Source: Geosiphon pyriformis uo1
Taxonomy: Eukaryota > Fungi > Glomeromycota
Length of the DNA stretch: 64,000 bases
Assembly: GCA_016748015.1 (NCBI GenBank)
Contig: JAAOMT010000563.1
Location: 1-64,000, forward strand
Reading direction: 5' to 3'
The notes under the pieces are model-generated. The model did not search any database. It was not told the DNA's origin and saw nothing but the letters and a program-made list of their open reading frames with translations. Both the position numbers and the translations under genes were made by a program. Below, in pieces: positions 37,281 to 50,299 of this stretch. Positions within the stretch are counted from its first letter, which is position 1. Each line of letters opens with the position of its first letter.

Positions 37281-38261
37281 TATTACCAGAAATTTTTGGT
37301 CTCTTCTTAGCTCTTGTATGTTTGTTGTAATGCTGTTAATTCATGACTATGGGAAGTGTTTGAACCTCCGATAACTGAATTTTATCTTCAAATTATCTCC
37401 TATAATTTGAACTGCTGGGCTTATAAGTAGAATGGCCAATTTTGTGCCAGTTATTTGTGTAGTTACATTGTAGTAAATGTCAACTCTTTCCCAGGAATTG
37501 CTCATCTGGAAGCTCACTAAAAAATGTGTAGTTACTTTGCTGTGAAAGTCAACTCTTCTACAGGAATCTCATCTGTAGGCTACCCTAATAATTGTAATAA
37601 GAAAAAAAAAGAAAAATAAAGAAATATAAAAGAAATAGAATTCTGTTAAGGAAAATGTTTTTCTATCCAGGCCTGGAGTCACTAACAGTTTATTGAAATT
37701 GGTAGCTAGTCAATTTTAAACTGTTGGTAGGAATTGGTTAATTTCAAGGGAAATAATTGAGAATTTGATTTTTCAAATTTATTTGATATTTATTTTGTTT
37801 TCATGTGTATAGATATGATTCTAATTACTAAATCTAAAAATAAGATACATTTTCTTGAAGAGAAAAGCTTTTCTTTTATACAACTTGTCGTAACACTATT
37901 CTATGAACTTGAACTTTGCTATTTTCTACAATTTTACTGAACTAAAAATACATTTCGGTGAACTACAAGTTATTTCTGCAAACTATTAGATATTTCAGTG
38001 AACTATCAATTATTTCAGCAAATTTCTACAAATTTCAGTGAACTTTTTGAATGTTCCATAGTTTGGGGTATTGCATAATTGATTATCACAATTAGGTTAT
38101 ATTTATGTTATGTGCAAATTGGGTTATTAATTAAATAATAATTTCAAACATTTTGCTAATGTAATAAGTGATAATTTGAAACGATAATATATGCTAATTA
38201 ATGACAGAAATTATAAAGATAATTTCATGCTAAATAATATCTCTAATTTCATCTGGTAACA
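37281..38261 (-). repeat. 5' LTR of Gypsy A
   Basis: Direct repeat of 28412-29392, adjacent to the PBS. Confidence 0.95.
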
Positions 38262-38892
38262 CTGGGAGCACCAACTCTGTACTATTATCACTTAAGGTAT
38301 CTAAAGAAAGTTCTTTTGGCAGTTTCTCTAAGATGTAAGTTCTGGTATGCATCATCCTTAGAGTAGCGTTGTCCACTATGTTATCCATCTCAGAAGCATT
38401 GGAGTCTATGTAGCTCATTTCTTTGGTAACCATGTTCTTCATATTTTCTATGTCTGATACTTCACTTACACTGTTTTCTTCACTGTCCATTTTACTGCTC
38501 CAAGATTTAACACATTCACCACTATTGGTTTGCAGCATGTCAGTAGACAGAAGTCCAGTTGACAAGTCAACCACTGTACCAAAAGCCTCAGGTTTTTTCA
38601 TTTTCTTGAATAAGAGACTGCAAGAGTACATACTTTTAACATGCGCTTTCTTTTTAATACTAATACTAGACTGGAAACCCAACCCAGCTGAAACTAAACC
38701 AGGACCACCAGCAGACAAGCTCACTAGATCCATCCTGGAGAAGAGAGGCAATATGAATAAAATGATTCAGATAAACAAAAGGGAAAAAAGAAGAAAATAT
38801 AAGCAAAGTGATGTCTCTGAAGAAATATTATTGCTCTTGTTATAGTCAAGAGATCGACAAGAAAAAGAGTATTTTTTTTAAAATTATTGGTC

Positions 38893-40720
38893 ATATTAAT
38901 TATTTATATATATTAAATTAATTAATTTAGTTTAATCTTACTTAATATGTTATTTTTTAGAAATTAATAAATTAAATAATTGAATTTAAATAATTGAATT
39001 TAGAATATTAATTTGTATATTAATAATATTAATTGTAATTATAATTAATATAATCAAAAACAGATTAATTAATTATATTTTTGGTAAATATTTTTAAATA
39101 ATAATCGCAAATTTGAAATATTTAGTTTAATTAAGAATATATAAAAATTTTAAAACATAAAGTTTATTATTATTAAATTACATATATTAATTATCAATTT
39201 TTATTAATATTTTTTAATTTATCAAGATTTTTTTGCATTTAATTTAGATTTTTAATTAGAATATATTATAGTTTAATTATGATTAATTTTTTACTTTTTT
39301 GTTTTTAGTTAATATTTATTAAATTAATTTTAATAATATAGTTTTTTTTATATAATTTTATTATTAATTTTTATAATATATATTGAAATTTTTTGCATAA
39401 AAATATCATATTTTTAATACTATAATACTATTAAACAAACCAATTTTATGTAAATAAATTTAAAAATAATTGGTTTAAAACAAAAACTTTAAAATTTTTT
39501 AAATACAATTATAAATTTGTTAATTATATTAAATTTGTAAATATGTTTTAAATTAAAAATGTTTTTGGTTTATTATAAATTATTTATAATATATATAAGT
39601 TTTTTAATATAAATTATTAAATTGTTTAATTTTTTTAAGTATTTTAATAAATTATATATATGTTTTAAATTAAAAACAAACTAATAAAATAAATAATTTA
39701 TTAAAAAAAATAATAAACCAAAAAATAAAAAATATAAATACAATATAATTAATTTTAAAAAAAATTAATTATTAAATTTATAAAGTTATTTTAAAAACCA
39801 AATATTAGCAAAATTATTATTATTTAATAAAATTACGAATTTTATGCTTTTTTTTTAATAATAATAATAATAATAATAATTTTATTAAATAATATTTATA
39901 ATATATTTTATACTTATTTTATGTATAAAATAAACATAATTATATGAATTAATTTTTTAATATATAAAAAATATAAAAAATAATAATATTTTATAAAAAA
40001 TTAAAAAATAATAAAAAATAATATATTATTATTTGTTTTAAATAAATATTAGCTTAATATTTTATTTTAAGAAAAAATAATTAAATTTTACTTAAAATAT
40101 AAAAAGTAAAATCAATTAGTAAAAAACCAATTCTATTATAATAAAGCCAAAAAAAAAATTTTTAATTAATTATCAAAAAAATAGAATTTTTAAATACTAA
40201 TTTAAAAAAAAATAAAGAAAATTATTAAAAAATTATAAAAAATTAAACATAAATTAGAAATAATTTACCAATAATATTTTTAAATAAAATTGTTTTTATA
40301 TAACTTTATTTATTTGATTAATATTATAATAAAACAATTTTTTTGTAATATTATAAAAAATAATATATATATAAAGTTTTGTTTTTAATAAAAAAAATAC
40401 ATGTAATAATATTATTTATAATAAAAAATTGACTTAATAAAAACAAATACTTTTTTTAACTTACTAACAGGCTGTATATATAGCTAAATTACATTAAATT
40501 TACACATTATATTAATATTATTTTAAGTATATTAATTATTTATATATATTAAATTAATTAATTTAGTTTAAACTTAACATGTTATTTTTTAAAAGTTAAT
40601 ATTTTAGATAATCAAATTTATATAATTATATATATAATATTAATTGTAATTATAATTAATATAATTAAAATAAATTAATTAATTACATTTCTTAATAATT
40701 ATTTTTGAATTTAACATGCT
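38893..40720. repeat. AT-rich tract of decayed repeats with a ~190-bp direct repeat near each end
   Basis: 38893-39085 resembles 40527-40695; 39930-40260 resembles the foldback arm at 5690-5985. Confidence 0.6.
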
Positions 40721-41069
40721 TGATTGTATTAATAAGCTATCAGGTTGTTTGTTCGCTGGCAAGTGTCTTTTGGGCCACTTCCCAAGTAATTTCGTATAAT
40801 TGGGCGCGATTGTGCGCGTCGTCGCGTTGTGTCACGTTTTCTTGATCATTGTTCGTAGATCTACTATTAAATATTCTACTTAATGATTGGCTAATCTATG
40901 ATGATGATATTTATATGCTAAAAGTCTGAAACAGAATTTAATTTTGCTGGATGGCTGGTCACATGTAAGAAGCGCATTTTGGCGTTATACTTCTCTATAA
41001 ATATGAATTTATACATTCCCAAATGGAAGATAATTCATAATAATAATTGGATTAATTACAGAAAAAGAA

Positions 41070-43110
41070 ATGCCAATACCCCCCTTTCTTCGGCACTGGG
41101 ACAATTTCTATCTTCCCAAACGGTTCATAGTCATTGGCCTATGCGCCGCCGGGTTGCTCATCAGTTATGCAGGTAGAGAAAGATTCGCTTTTCTGTCATA
41201 AATCCACCTTATCCCAATTATTTTATTCCTTTCAGAGTTTATACCCTCCAACTTTAAAGCTTTTTGTATTTCCTTGAAGACCGTACAAATTTAGCTGTTG
41301 GCATAGTGTATATGGCTAAAGAGTTTGACTGGGACTCAACCACGCAAGGCATGGTATTATCCGCTTTTTTTCTTGGGTATTTCACAACGCAGGTAATTGG
41401 AGGTGTCCTCTCAGATAAATATGGCGGAAAAATGGTGTTGGGGACAGGTACATTTGTTCAAATAAATTGATTTTTTTCAATTCTTTACTGAGTTAATGTT
41501 TTCTCTATGCAGCTGCCGCATGTTGGAGTACATTTACCTTTCTCACGCCGTTTGCTGCCAGACAAAGTTTATCAATTTTGTTAATTTGTCGCGTTCTATT
41601 AGGCGTTGGCGAAGGTGTCGCTTTTCCCAGTGTTCACTCGCTGATAGCTTCATGGGCACCATTGGAAGAGCGTTCTCGTATGGTTACAATTGCGTCTTCG
41701 TCTAGTTATCTTGGCTCAGTAGTCGCATTACCGATTTCTACTTGGCTAGGATCTGGTCCTGGTGGTTGGGAAAGTATTTTTTATGTATTCGGTGGAATAG
41801 GCTTTATTTGGTGTCTCGTTTGGGTGATTTTTTCCGAGAGTAATCCTGAAGAATATAAAGGAATTAGAAAAGATGAATTGGATTGGATTACTATGGGGCT
41901 CGATTGGAAATTATCAAAAGATCCCGATAGTTGCGGATATCAGCCGTTGGAGAGTGATAGTTTTGATCAAAGTATAGTTAAAGCTACCAGCAGTAGTACT
42001 CCTTTGCTGGAAGAACATCGAAATGTTTCGGATGAAAGTTCATCAACAAAGCATAAAAGTGTACGCTTGGAAATCCCATGGTCAATTTTATTTCGACGTC
42101 GTGAAGTGTGGGCCATCCTAATAGCCCAGTTTTGTAACTCCTGGGGTTTTTTTATTCTCCTTACCTGGTTACCTACTTTCTTTAAAGAACACTTTGATGC
42201 TGATGTAAAGAAATTAGGATATTTCGCTGGTAAATACTGTTCGATTCTAGTGTGTTAAACATCTTGTGGACTTGTTGACAGACTTTTACAAATTTTGAAT
42301 AAATCTAAGATGCTAACTAATAAAAAGAACTTGCGACAAATTAGTTCTTCCATACATTGTACAAAGTTTTATAGGATTCTTATCCGGGATTGTCGGGGAT
42401 TATGCGCTTCATAGACTCGGGATTCGAGTTATAGTTATTCGGCGTCTTGCACAAATTCTCGGTAGTTATGGAACGGCCATTGGTCTATTGTTGGTATGTC
42501 TTTTTCTTTGTATTGTATTAAACAAGGAGCCAGAAAATTATGTTTTTATTGACGATTTCAGTTGAATTCGTGATCCCAGGATAATCCTATAGAAAACCAA
42601 TATTCGTCTTTATTGTATCTTGTTTGCTAGAATTGATCATAATCAAATGAACCTTTGTAAATTTGCTGATTTTAACTCGTAATTATGAATAGGCGGCATT
42701 TCAAGCGACCACTATTGGTCAAGGTGTATTTTACGTCACCTGTGGAATGGGTGCGAACGCCATTACATTAATCGGAGTTCAAATATCCCAAGTAAAGTTT
42801 GACTCTTCATTTAATATTTGAAAGGATGTTAATTTTCATCCCAACGTTTAATCTTCATCAATTGGTTAATTTAAAACACCAACTTCGAACGTGACAGCTC
42901 GATATAGCTCCTCGCTATGCAGGCGCTATTTTCGCTTTAGGAAATACAGCTGCTACCATCCCCGGATTGATCGGCGTTGCTTTCACAGGTTGGATCCTCG
43001 ATTTAACGGGCAATAATTGGGGTGTAATATGGGGCTTTGCCGCATCTTTCTATGTAGTTGGTGGAACAGTTTTCGCATATTGGGTCGGTGAGGAGGTCGT
43101 GATTGATTGA
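41070..43110 (+). CDS. MFS anion:cation symporter (SLC17/sialin/PHT4-like), 6 exons
   Basis: Spliced reading SYA|DRTNLAVGI, QGMVLSAFFLGY, SDKYGGK, RVLLGVGEGVAFP, WAPLEERS, LLTWLPTF, DIAPRYAG; GT-AG introns at about 41173-41279, 41448-41512, 42230-42344, 42494-42692, 42792-42897. Confidence 0.92.
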
Positions 43111-43409
43111 AAGGTATCGAATGATATCATAATCTAATCGGAGCAACAGTTTTCGTTATTTAAATTTAAATTTGTGGAATATCCTTGTATTTTATTCATA
43201 AATAATCAAAGTCCCCTAATTTTTAATACATATTTTCGGTTGGGAATAAATATATTCATGTCATTGTTTGGGCGCCGCAATTTGAAGCTTCTTAAATTTG
43301 TCCGTGCACCATGCTAAATACGGTCAGAAAAACGAAATTTGCTTCGACAATTCGACCAGAACCGATTTCCATCAAATTGCAGAAATAATGAGATGAAGGT
43401 TATTAGGTA

Positions 43410-45145
43410 TCACATGATAAGATGATCCTCTGGGATAAATTCTAATTCTTCCATATCAACACCATCAAATAATCGCTGATTACATTGTGATTCCAAATCG
43501 TTGAAATGACGATATGGCATTTTCGAATCAATCCAGCTTCCACATAAATAACAAAAATGTGTTTCACATCGCGTGCATCGCATATGATTACAACCCATCG
43601 ATTTTTCAATCGCAGTCTCACATTGTGGGCAAGTTTGTGTGTTGGACTGCATCCATTTTTCTGATTCGATCTCAGAAATAGTATCGTGGACCAGTTTCTC
43701 TAGATTTTTTTGGCCATAACGAAGTTCCATCAGGGATTTGGCAGCTTCATCAGCATCTAAATAGGCTTTCACTAATTTCTTAGTATTATTGATAGAACAT
43801 CCTACGTGTGCCCCATGCCTTTATTAATGAATCGCAAGCGTATGCGAAGAATTTAATGAGATTGTAGATAGTAATGAGGCAACAAAAACCCAAAATCAAA
43901 CTTACCAAGTTCGTTGACAGACCCAACAAAAAGCAAACTGACATTTGGTACATACACAAAGTTTCTCGAATTGTGGATCTCTTCTTACGGGTACTTGACA
44001 ACTTTTTAACGGGCAAAATGTGATGAGGGGGTCTATCTCTAATTTTTGTTTTTCCAGTAAAGCAAAATATCGTTGCTCCATCTCAGCACCCACAATTTTA
44101 TCGAGTACTTCCTTGGTAAGAACGGTTTCCTCTTTACATCCAGGATCTGGGCATTTTACTTGAGACACAAGCCCTTCACGAATGAGCATCCCAAAATATC
44201 CACACAGACATTCCATACAGAATACGTGTTCACATGGTTGAAGTTTGATGCAATTTTTTCCCTGCTTTTGTTCCAGACATATCCCACAATCAAAATGATC
44301 TTGTGCAAATACTTTGGCAAGAGTTTCTTGGTTAAATAGAAAAATTGTTTCTTTAATCGTTAAATTGTCCAAGAAACCTAAAATTTGAAATGAGCATAAA
44401 AATGAGTTAACTGTAATGACATAATTAGATGGATTCATAAACAAATACTAACCATCATCAAGATATAAAGGGAAAGTTATTCCCAAAGAATCCAATGCGA
44501 TAAATTGAATAAAGTCAGCGAAGTGGAATAGAACCTATATCAAGTACCGTGTGATTTTAAGATATAATATTTGAAGAGTAATTAAGTAACTAACAAATAC
44601 GGATAAAAACTGTGATTCGATCAAGGAAGTTTACCGCATCATGAACATTCTCCCAAATCTCCTTCAACTTTTCTTGAAGCCGTACAAGCCACTCCCTTTC
44701 CATCCAACAACACTCTATTGAAAAATCCAATGCTTCCTGTTCTGGATATCCATTTGGCATTGAGAAATTAATAGTCACCGGGGGTAAATATTGAACTCTT
44801 AGAGGCACTAGGGACCTCTGTGTCACATCAGTTAAATTAGGCTCATCAGGTTCGACAAAATATATTGTTATCTTTTCCGGCAAGTTAACTAGGATCTTGA
44901 GTGAGCCTTCATACCGTGGTGAAGCCTCTGGTTTGTCTGTGTAAGTGAAATCTTGTGGGTAAATGGCCTACTTTTTTGGTTAACACCAGGTTCATATAGG
45001 TTTTGGGATCGTCATTAAACATAAAGCTTTGAACACGTTGGCCAAGCTTTGACAAAGAAGTCAACGTAATTGTTATTTAGTAAAATTAAATTACCTCTAA
45101 AGCGATTATTTCGTTTTCTTGAAGTATTTGTATTGCGGGATTCAT
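43410..45145 (-). CDS. RWD-domain RBR E3 ubiquitin ligase (RNF14/ARA54/Itt1-like), multi-exon
   Basis: N-terminus QENEIIALE|AIY and LPP..YP (RWD); RING1 CGICL..CEHVFCMEC..CP; IBR; RING2 CPQC..IEKSMGCNHMRC..C..FCYLC. Confidence 0.92.
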
Positions 45146-45289
45146 TGTAAAAAGAAAACGTGGAAATTGTGAAGATTGTGAATTGAAAATCAAGTCGGTG
45201 ATTCGCATTGGTTTTAATCATTTACAAATGAATTATTAGCCACATGATACCTGTTTTTACTATGACATGTGTTTTAAGCAAAATATTTA

Positions 45290-46380
45290 AATTATTTAAA
45301 TATTTAAGTATATTTTTGGTTTTTATAAATATAAATTTATTAATAAAATTTACAAAAAAATCAATTAAGCCAATTTTTATATATTTATGCATTTTTTAAT
45401 TTATATTATAATAAACCAAAAAATATTATTGTTTATGATTAAAAAATACAAAATAATATTTGTTAAAATATTTTAATATAAAATTATAAAAAATAATAGT
45501 TTGAATAAAACAACAATTTTTTATTTATTATTTTATAAAGTTTAATATTATTAATTAATAATTTTAAAACAAAAAAAAATTAATAAAAAAACAACAATTA
45601 AAAAGTTTTTTTAATAATATAAAAATAGATAAAACATTATAAAAGTGGTTTTTTTTTAAATTAAACCAAATTTTAATTGTTCTTAAATTATTATTATACT
45701 TTGTTATCAAAAACAACCTAAATATTATTTTTACTACTAAAAAAGTTCAAACATCAATATATTAAACCAATAATTTATTTTATTTTAATAATAAAAAACA
45801 CATTATTTTTATTAGTAATAATAAATTATTATTTTTTGGTTTATCAAAAGCAACAATTTTGTGTTTTTAATAACTTTAATATTTAAATTGGTTTTAAATT
45901 ATAAAATATTTTACTTTTTTTTTATATTTATAATTAGTTTTAAAGTTTTTGTAAATTATTTTATTAATATAAAACTATATATAAAAACTATTACTTTTTT
46001 GGCTTTTTTTGTTGTTATTGTTATAAATTTTATAATTAATTTTTAATTGTTTTAATTATTAAATTGGTAAATATATTTTTTTTAAATGCTAAAATAAAAA
46101 AAATTATTACAATTAAAAAAATAATAATTTTTAAAGAATTATTGTTAATTTGTACAAAAAAATAGTTAATTTTAAGAAAAAATAAAATGTAAATAGTTTT
46201 TTTAATAAAAGTTTTTTTTAATTTTTTTTTTAAATTATTAAAATAATGGTTTTTTAAAAGGTTTAAACTTCTAAAATTAAGTTTAATATGAATAAAAATG
46301 TTGTATAAATGACAAATTTAGTTTTTAATAATAATAATTTGGCTGTTATTATGTATAAAATAGCTGTTTTAAATAAATTT
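45290..46380. repeat. AT-rich decayed tract
   Basis: Very few C/G and no credible ORF; joined to 61929 onward by the LINE 4 TSD. Confidence 0.6.
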
Positions 46381-46514
46381 TTATTTATTTATTTATTTAT
46401 TAATGAGTGCAACCCAACCAAAGTTTAAAATAAGTTACAAAGAAAAGTAGCCAACTAAACATGGTTTATGCATTTGCTACATGTGACCGGCCACTCGAGC
46501 CAATCAAGGCAACA

Positions 46515-49500
46515 CTATGCACTTATCAAAACACTAATCCTATGAACAGCACCAGACAAAAACAAGAACCTACTCCTAAAACTGAAACTGACATCAAGAG
46601 AATCTAGCATACCAATAAGGCGGACTGAGCCAGCTGAGAGAGGCGAAGCACCCACACCAAAAGCACCGGCCACAACAACAACATCACCAACCAAACCATT
46701 CTTCTCCATGTCAGACCTGAACTTAGTCCTAAAGAGCCAGAGGTTTGTCCTATAACCCTCAGCCAAACGATGGACAAAATCCACCACCACAACGGCCGCT
46801 TTCTTTTTGTCACTAAGAGAAGCAGTGGCCTCATCCATCCAACTCTTGAGAACAAATCCCTTGCAAAAAACTAAATACAACCCAACATCAGACACCCCTA
46901 GAGAAAAATCATGCAACACAAAAGACGGCGACAGTAGATTAGGACCCATCAGAGACCTCCACAAATTACCAAAATCACCCAGAATATCCGACTGCACAGA
47001 AGCATCCTTAACACAAGTAAAACCATGATCGGGGAGTTCTACATCTCCACAAAACAGACAAGCCACACCAGGGTAATTCTTATTATACAGCCTCTTTTGA
47101 ACAGCAACAGGCAACCTGAAATGAACAGCTTTCATAAAGTACATACGAAAAGCAGCAGTGGCTCCACATGTACTTCCAGAGAGCATATGAGAGTCAGAGT
47201 GCCAAACTAAAGTGGTGCAATTCCAATTGACAACCAGGCCAAACAAACAAGACACAATCCCTTGGCCGGAACCCACCTTCCACTGAACCTTGCAAATAAA
47301 ATGAAAAATGTCACATACAAAATGGCGGACATTACCGGAAACTTGTCTGTCATTAGCAACTACATATCTACAATCAATTCTGGCAGAGAGAGAGACCCCA
47401 GAGTGTGCAGCCTGTTCAGCAAGAACGTCAGCCAGAACATTACCAGCGATGCCAGCATAACCTTTGACCTTGATCCAGTGGACAGTTAGATCTTTGGATT
47501 CAATCAAATTAACTACATGGTGCCTTTCTATCCAGCAACTATTGCAACAGTCCAGCTGTAACAGACCCAATTCAGCCACACATGCATCAATAGCCGCTTG
47601 ACTATCCGTGTGCAAAGCCACTAAAACAGAGGCGGGAACGCACTCGAGAGCCAAGGCAACAGTCTGTAATTCAGCCAGGTTCGAAGACAGCACACCATGT
47701 ACCTCCACTCCTAAACCTTTATTCAAACCAGAAAAATAAACGGCAGCACCACACGCCACCTGGAATGTACCCAAACTTTTAAGAGAACTGTCAGTATAGA
47801 CATCAATCTCATCAGCCCACAATTCATGAATCTCCTCACAAATGTTGGCAAAAGAAGTCAAATCCAAAACACTATTACAGACAGAAGCTAAACTTGTAGG
47901 AGGGGGAGCATGCAAACAATTACTCAAGTAAGCAGAAGCCTTCAAAAACCATAAAGGCATGGAGCCTCTAGAACCAAGTCTTTTCTATTGGCGAAACGTA
48001 CGCCAATTAACAATAGAACTATTTTTGTCCAGAAGTTGGTCACCATACGCCACACCAGCAATTTTCAAGGAGTGAACCACATTGAAATACAAAGGATCAC
48101 CCAATACCAATGACATTGGGAAACGGCCAGGAGAGTGAAAGACACAGGGAAGTCTGTTATCCAAAGACAGCTTGTTGTCAAGAAATATACAAACCACACC
48201 CGCCAGAAAATTGTTTGAAGTGTTCACTCTCAGCTTGACAGGATATTGCAGAGGATTCAATAGAGCCCAGCACAAAACCTGCAAATCCAAAACTCAATAT
48301 TTGAACAGTCAGCCAAGAAGTCCAGAAGAATTTGCAAACTGCACAACAGAAGCTGTCTTGCATTTAGCCTGCAATTGTTCAAAAGATTTCAACTCATAAA
48401 AAAAGGGGTGGTGCAACGCTTCATTGGGAAAGTCTCTCGGCAAATTGGCTTTCAACCTGAGACCCCTCCTAATTAGAATGTCCCATTTTAGACAAACAGC
48501 TTTGGAAACAAAACTAAACTGTGTTTGATAACTGACTATGGGCTACAAAACAGCCGAAACCAGATAAGAAAATTGTTTATCAGAGACAGTCTTCCGGAGA
48601 ACCATATTTAAGAAGAACTTAATATCTGAATTGGCTTTGGTAAGGCTCGGCTTAGACAAACCATTGGTTGACAAGAAAATACCCAAATATTGATGACTCA
48701 CACCAGGATGGGCAATAGCAATAGCCTGGCCGTTGATGGATAGAACAGGAATCCCCACTCTTTTGTTGATAGGAATGGCAACTGTCTTCTCATTGTTTAT
48801 GTTAATGTCATTGATGAGGAAAAATTCGCTGGTCACATTAAGAATGTGCTGTGTAGAGGCTTGCCCATTTCCCACCCAAATAGTGTTATCGACAAAAGCA
48901 CCAGCTGTGAAAAAAGAAGTCATACCCCCACCAGTCTCAATCCTTCTAGTCTTTGACACAAAGTTCGAATTGATCCGATAACCACACAAATAATCTTGTC
49001 TCGCAACTTCACATAACAGAGGGTCATAAAAAATTCTCCAAAGAAGAGGTGAGAAAACTTCACTCTGATCCAAACCATCAAGAACTTTGTATCCATTAGA
49101 AAGGCCAAAATCTGTTATGACTCTGTTGAAGCGACTGTTGTGAATGTTGCCAAAGAACCTGATAAATTTGCTGCACATCTTGATATGATGTAAACTAGCT
49201 TCTAAATGAGGCCAACCAACAGAGTCATATGCTTTGCGCATGTCTTGAAGAACTAGCCAAAGTTTGCGGCCTTTTTCCAAAACATCCTTGACAATTGAAC
49301 CCACAGCTGAAATTGGTGACTAAGTGGAAGTGCCTTTGAGAACAGAAAAGTTGTTACCACAGAGGACATCAAACCTATTACAAGCAAAAGAGATCCTGTC
49401 TGAGAGAACTTTTGACAAAATCTTCTTGGCCGTCTCAATTAATGCAATAGGCCATGTATTCGACAAGACGCCATCCCAATCATAAGACTTAGGAATCATG

Positions 49501-50299
49501 GACACCCAGGCCTCTTTCCAATAGACTGGAACATTACCAACATGCAAACAAAAGTTTAGCAAAGACAACAAACACTCCAAAACCAAACAGCCAATGTGTT
49601 TCCAAAGTTCATTGGTGATACCAGACAAACCAACAGCTTTGCCATCAGAAAGATTGCTTATAACCGAAGACAACTCACACATGGTAACATCACACATAAC
49701 CAGACTGAAGACACTATTATTAACATGAGCCAAAGGGGCATATTGTTGTGCCCAAGAACCAGACAAGACAGGAAGAGCATTCCGCTTCCTGGTCCAATTA
49801 ACCATGATATCATCAACTTTAAGCTTCACTTCGTCAAGTTCCAAAATGAGAGAATCACCAACAACCAAATGGTCCAGAACAACTTTGCAAAAGGGCTGCT
49901 CCAAGATGCTCTGAATCATTCCACTTTTGTCCATTTCAAACTTTTCCATACGCTTATCAATTGCATCTCTGATAGCAGACCCTTTGGCCACCTCAGATTC
50001 ACAATATCTGGACTTTCTATATTGCTTTCTAACCTTTGAAAGATGACTTATCAAGCCAGCAGAACCCAAACTATCCTTGACCATATCTAAAACTTTGGAA
50101 GCTTCGGAAGAGTCAACCTTAAACCAAGTGTCAGCTAGACAATCAAAGCCCAAAGTATTATCCCGTCTCAGCATTTTCAATAACTTGGCAACCAAAAGCT
50201 CCAATCTGGAAAATTTAGAAGAGAGTTTATTCTTAGCACAATCAAATTTATAATACCAATGTCTTGAAAAAATTTCCTCAGCAGAAGCAGTCATGGCGT
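46515..50299 (-). pseudogene. LINE 4 ORF2: RT, RNase H, CCHC
   Basis: PIALIET, LQDMRKAYDSV, AGAFVDNTIW, YTDSS, HTDSQ, CLFCGDVELPDHGFTC. Confidence 0.92.

Larger units (their letters stand above)
28412..38261 (-). mobile_element. Full-length degenerate Ty3/Gypsy element A (9.85 kb)
   Basis: LTRs 28412-29392 and 37281-38261; TSD CTGG at 28408-28411 and 38262-38265; PBS TGGTGCTTTCTC 2 nt inside the 5' LTR; PPT AAGAAGGAGG; gag-PR-dUTPase-RT-RH-IN order. Confidence 0.95.
21131..38892 (-). mobile_element. LINE 3, full length, interrupted by a solo LTR and by Gypsy A
   Basis: ORF1 38751-38262 and 28411-26923; ORF2 26926-21267; 3' tail 21131-21269; candidate TSD ATATTAATT at 21124-21132 and 38893-38901. 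Confidence 0.88.

Noticed and set aside
37189-37374. Small ORFs ending LLIHDYGKCLNLR (28287, 37189) or LPDEIRDII (29361, 38230)
   Set aside because: The shared ends come from reading into LTR copies
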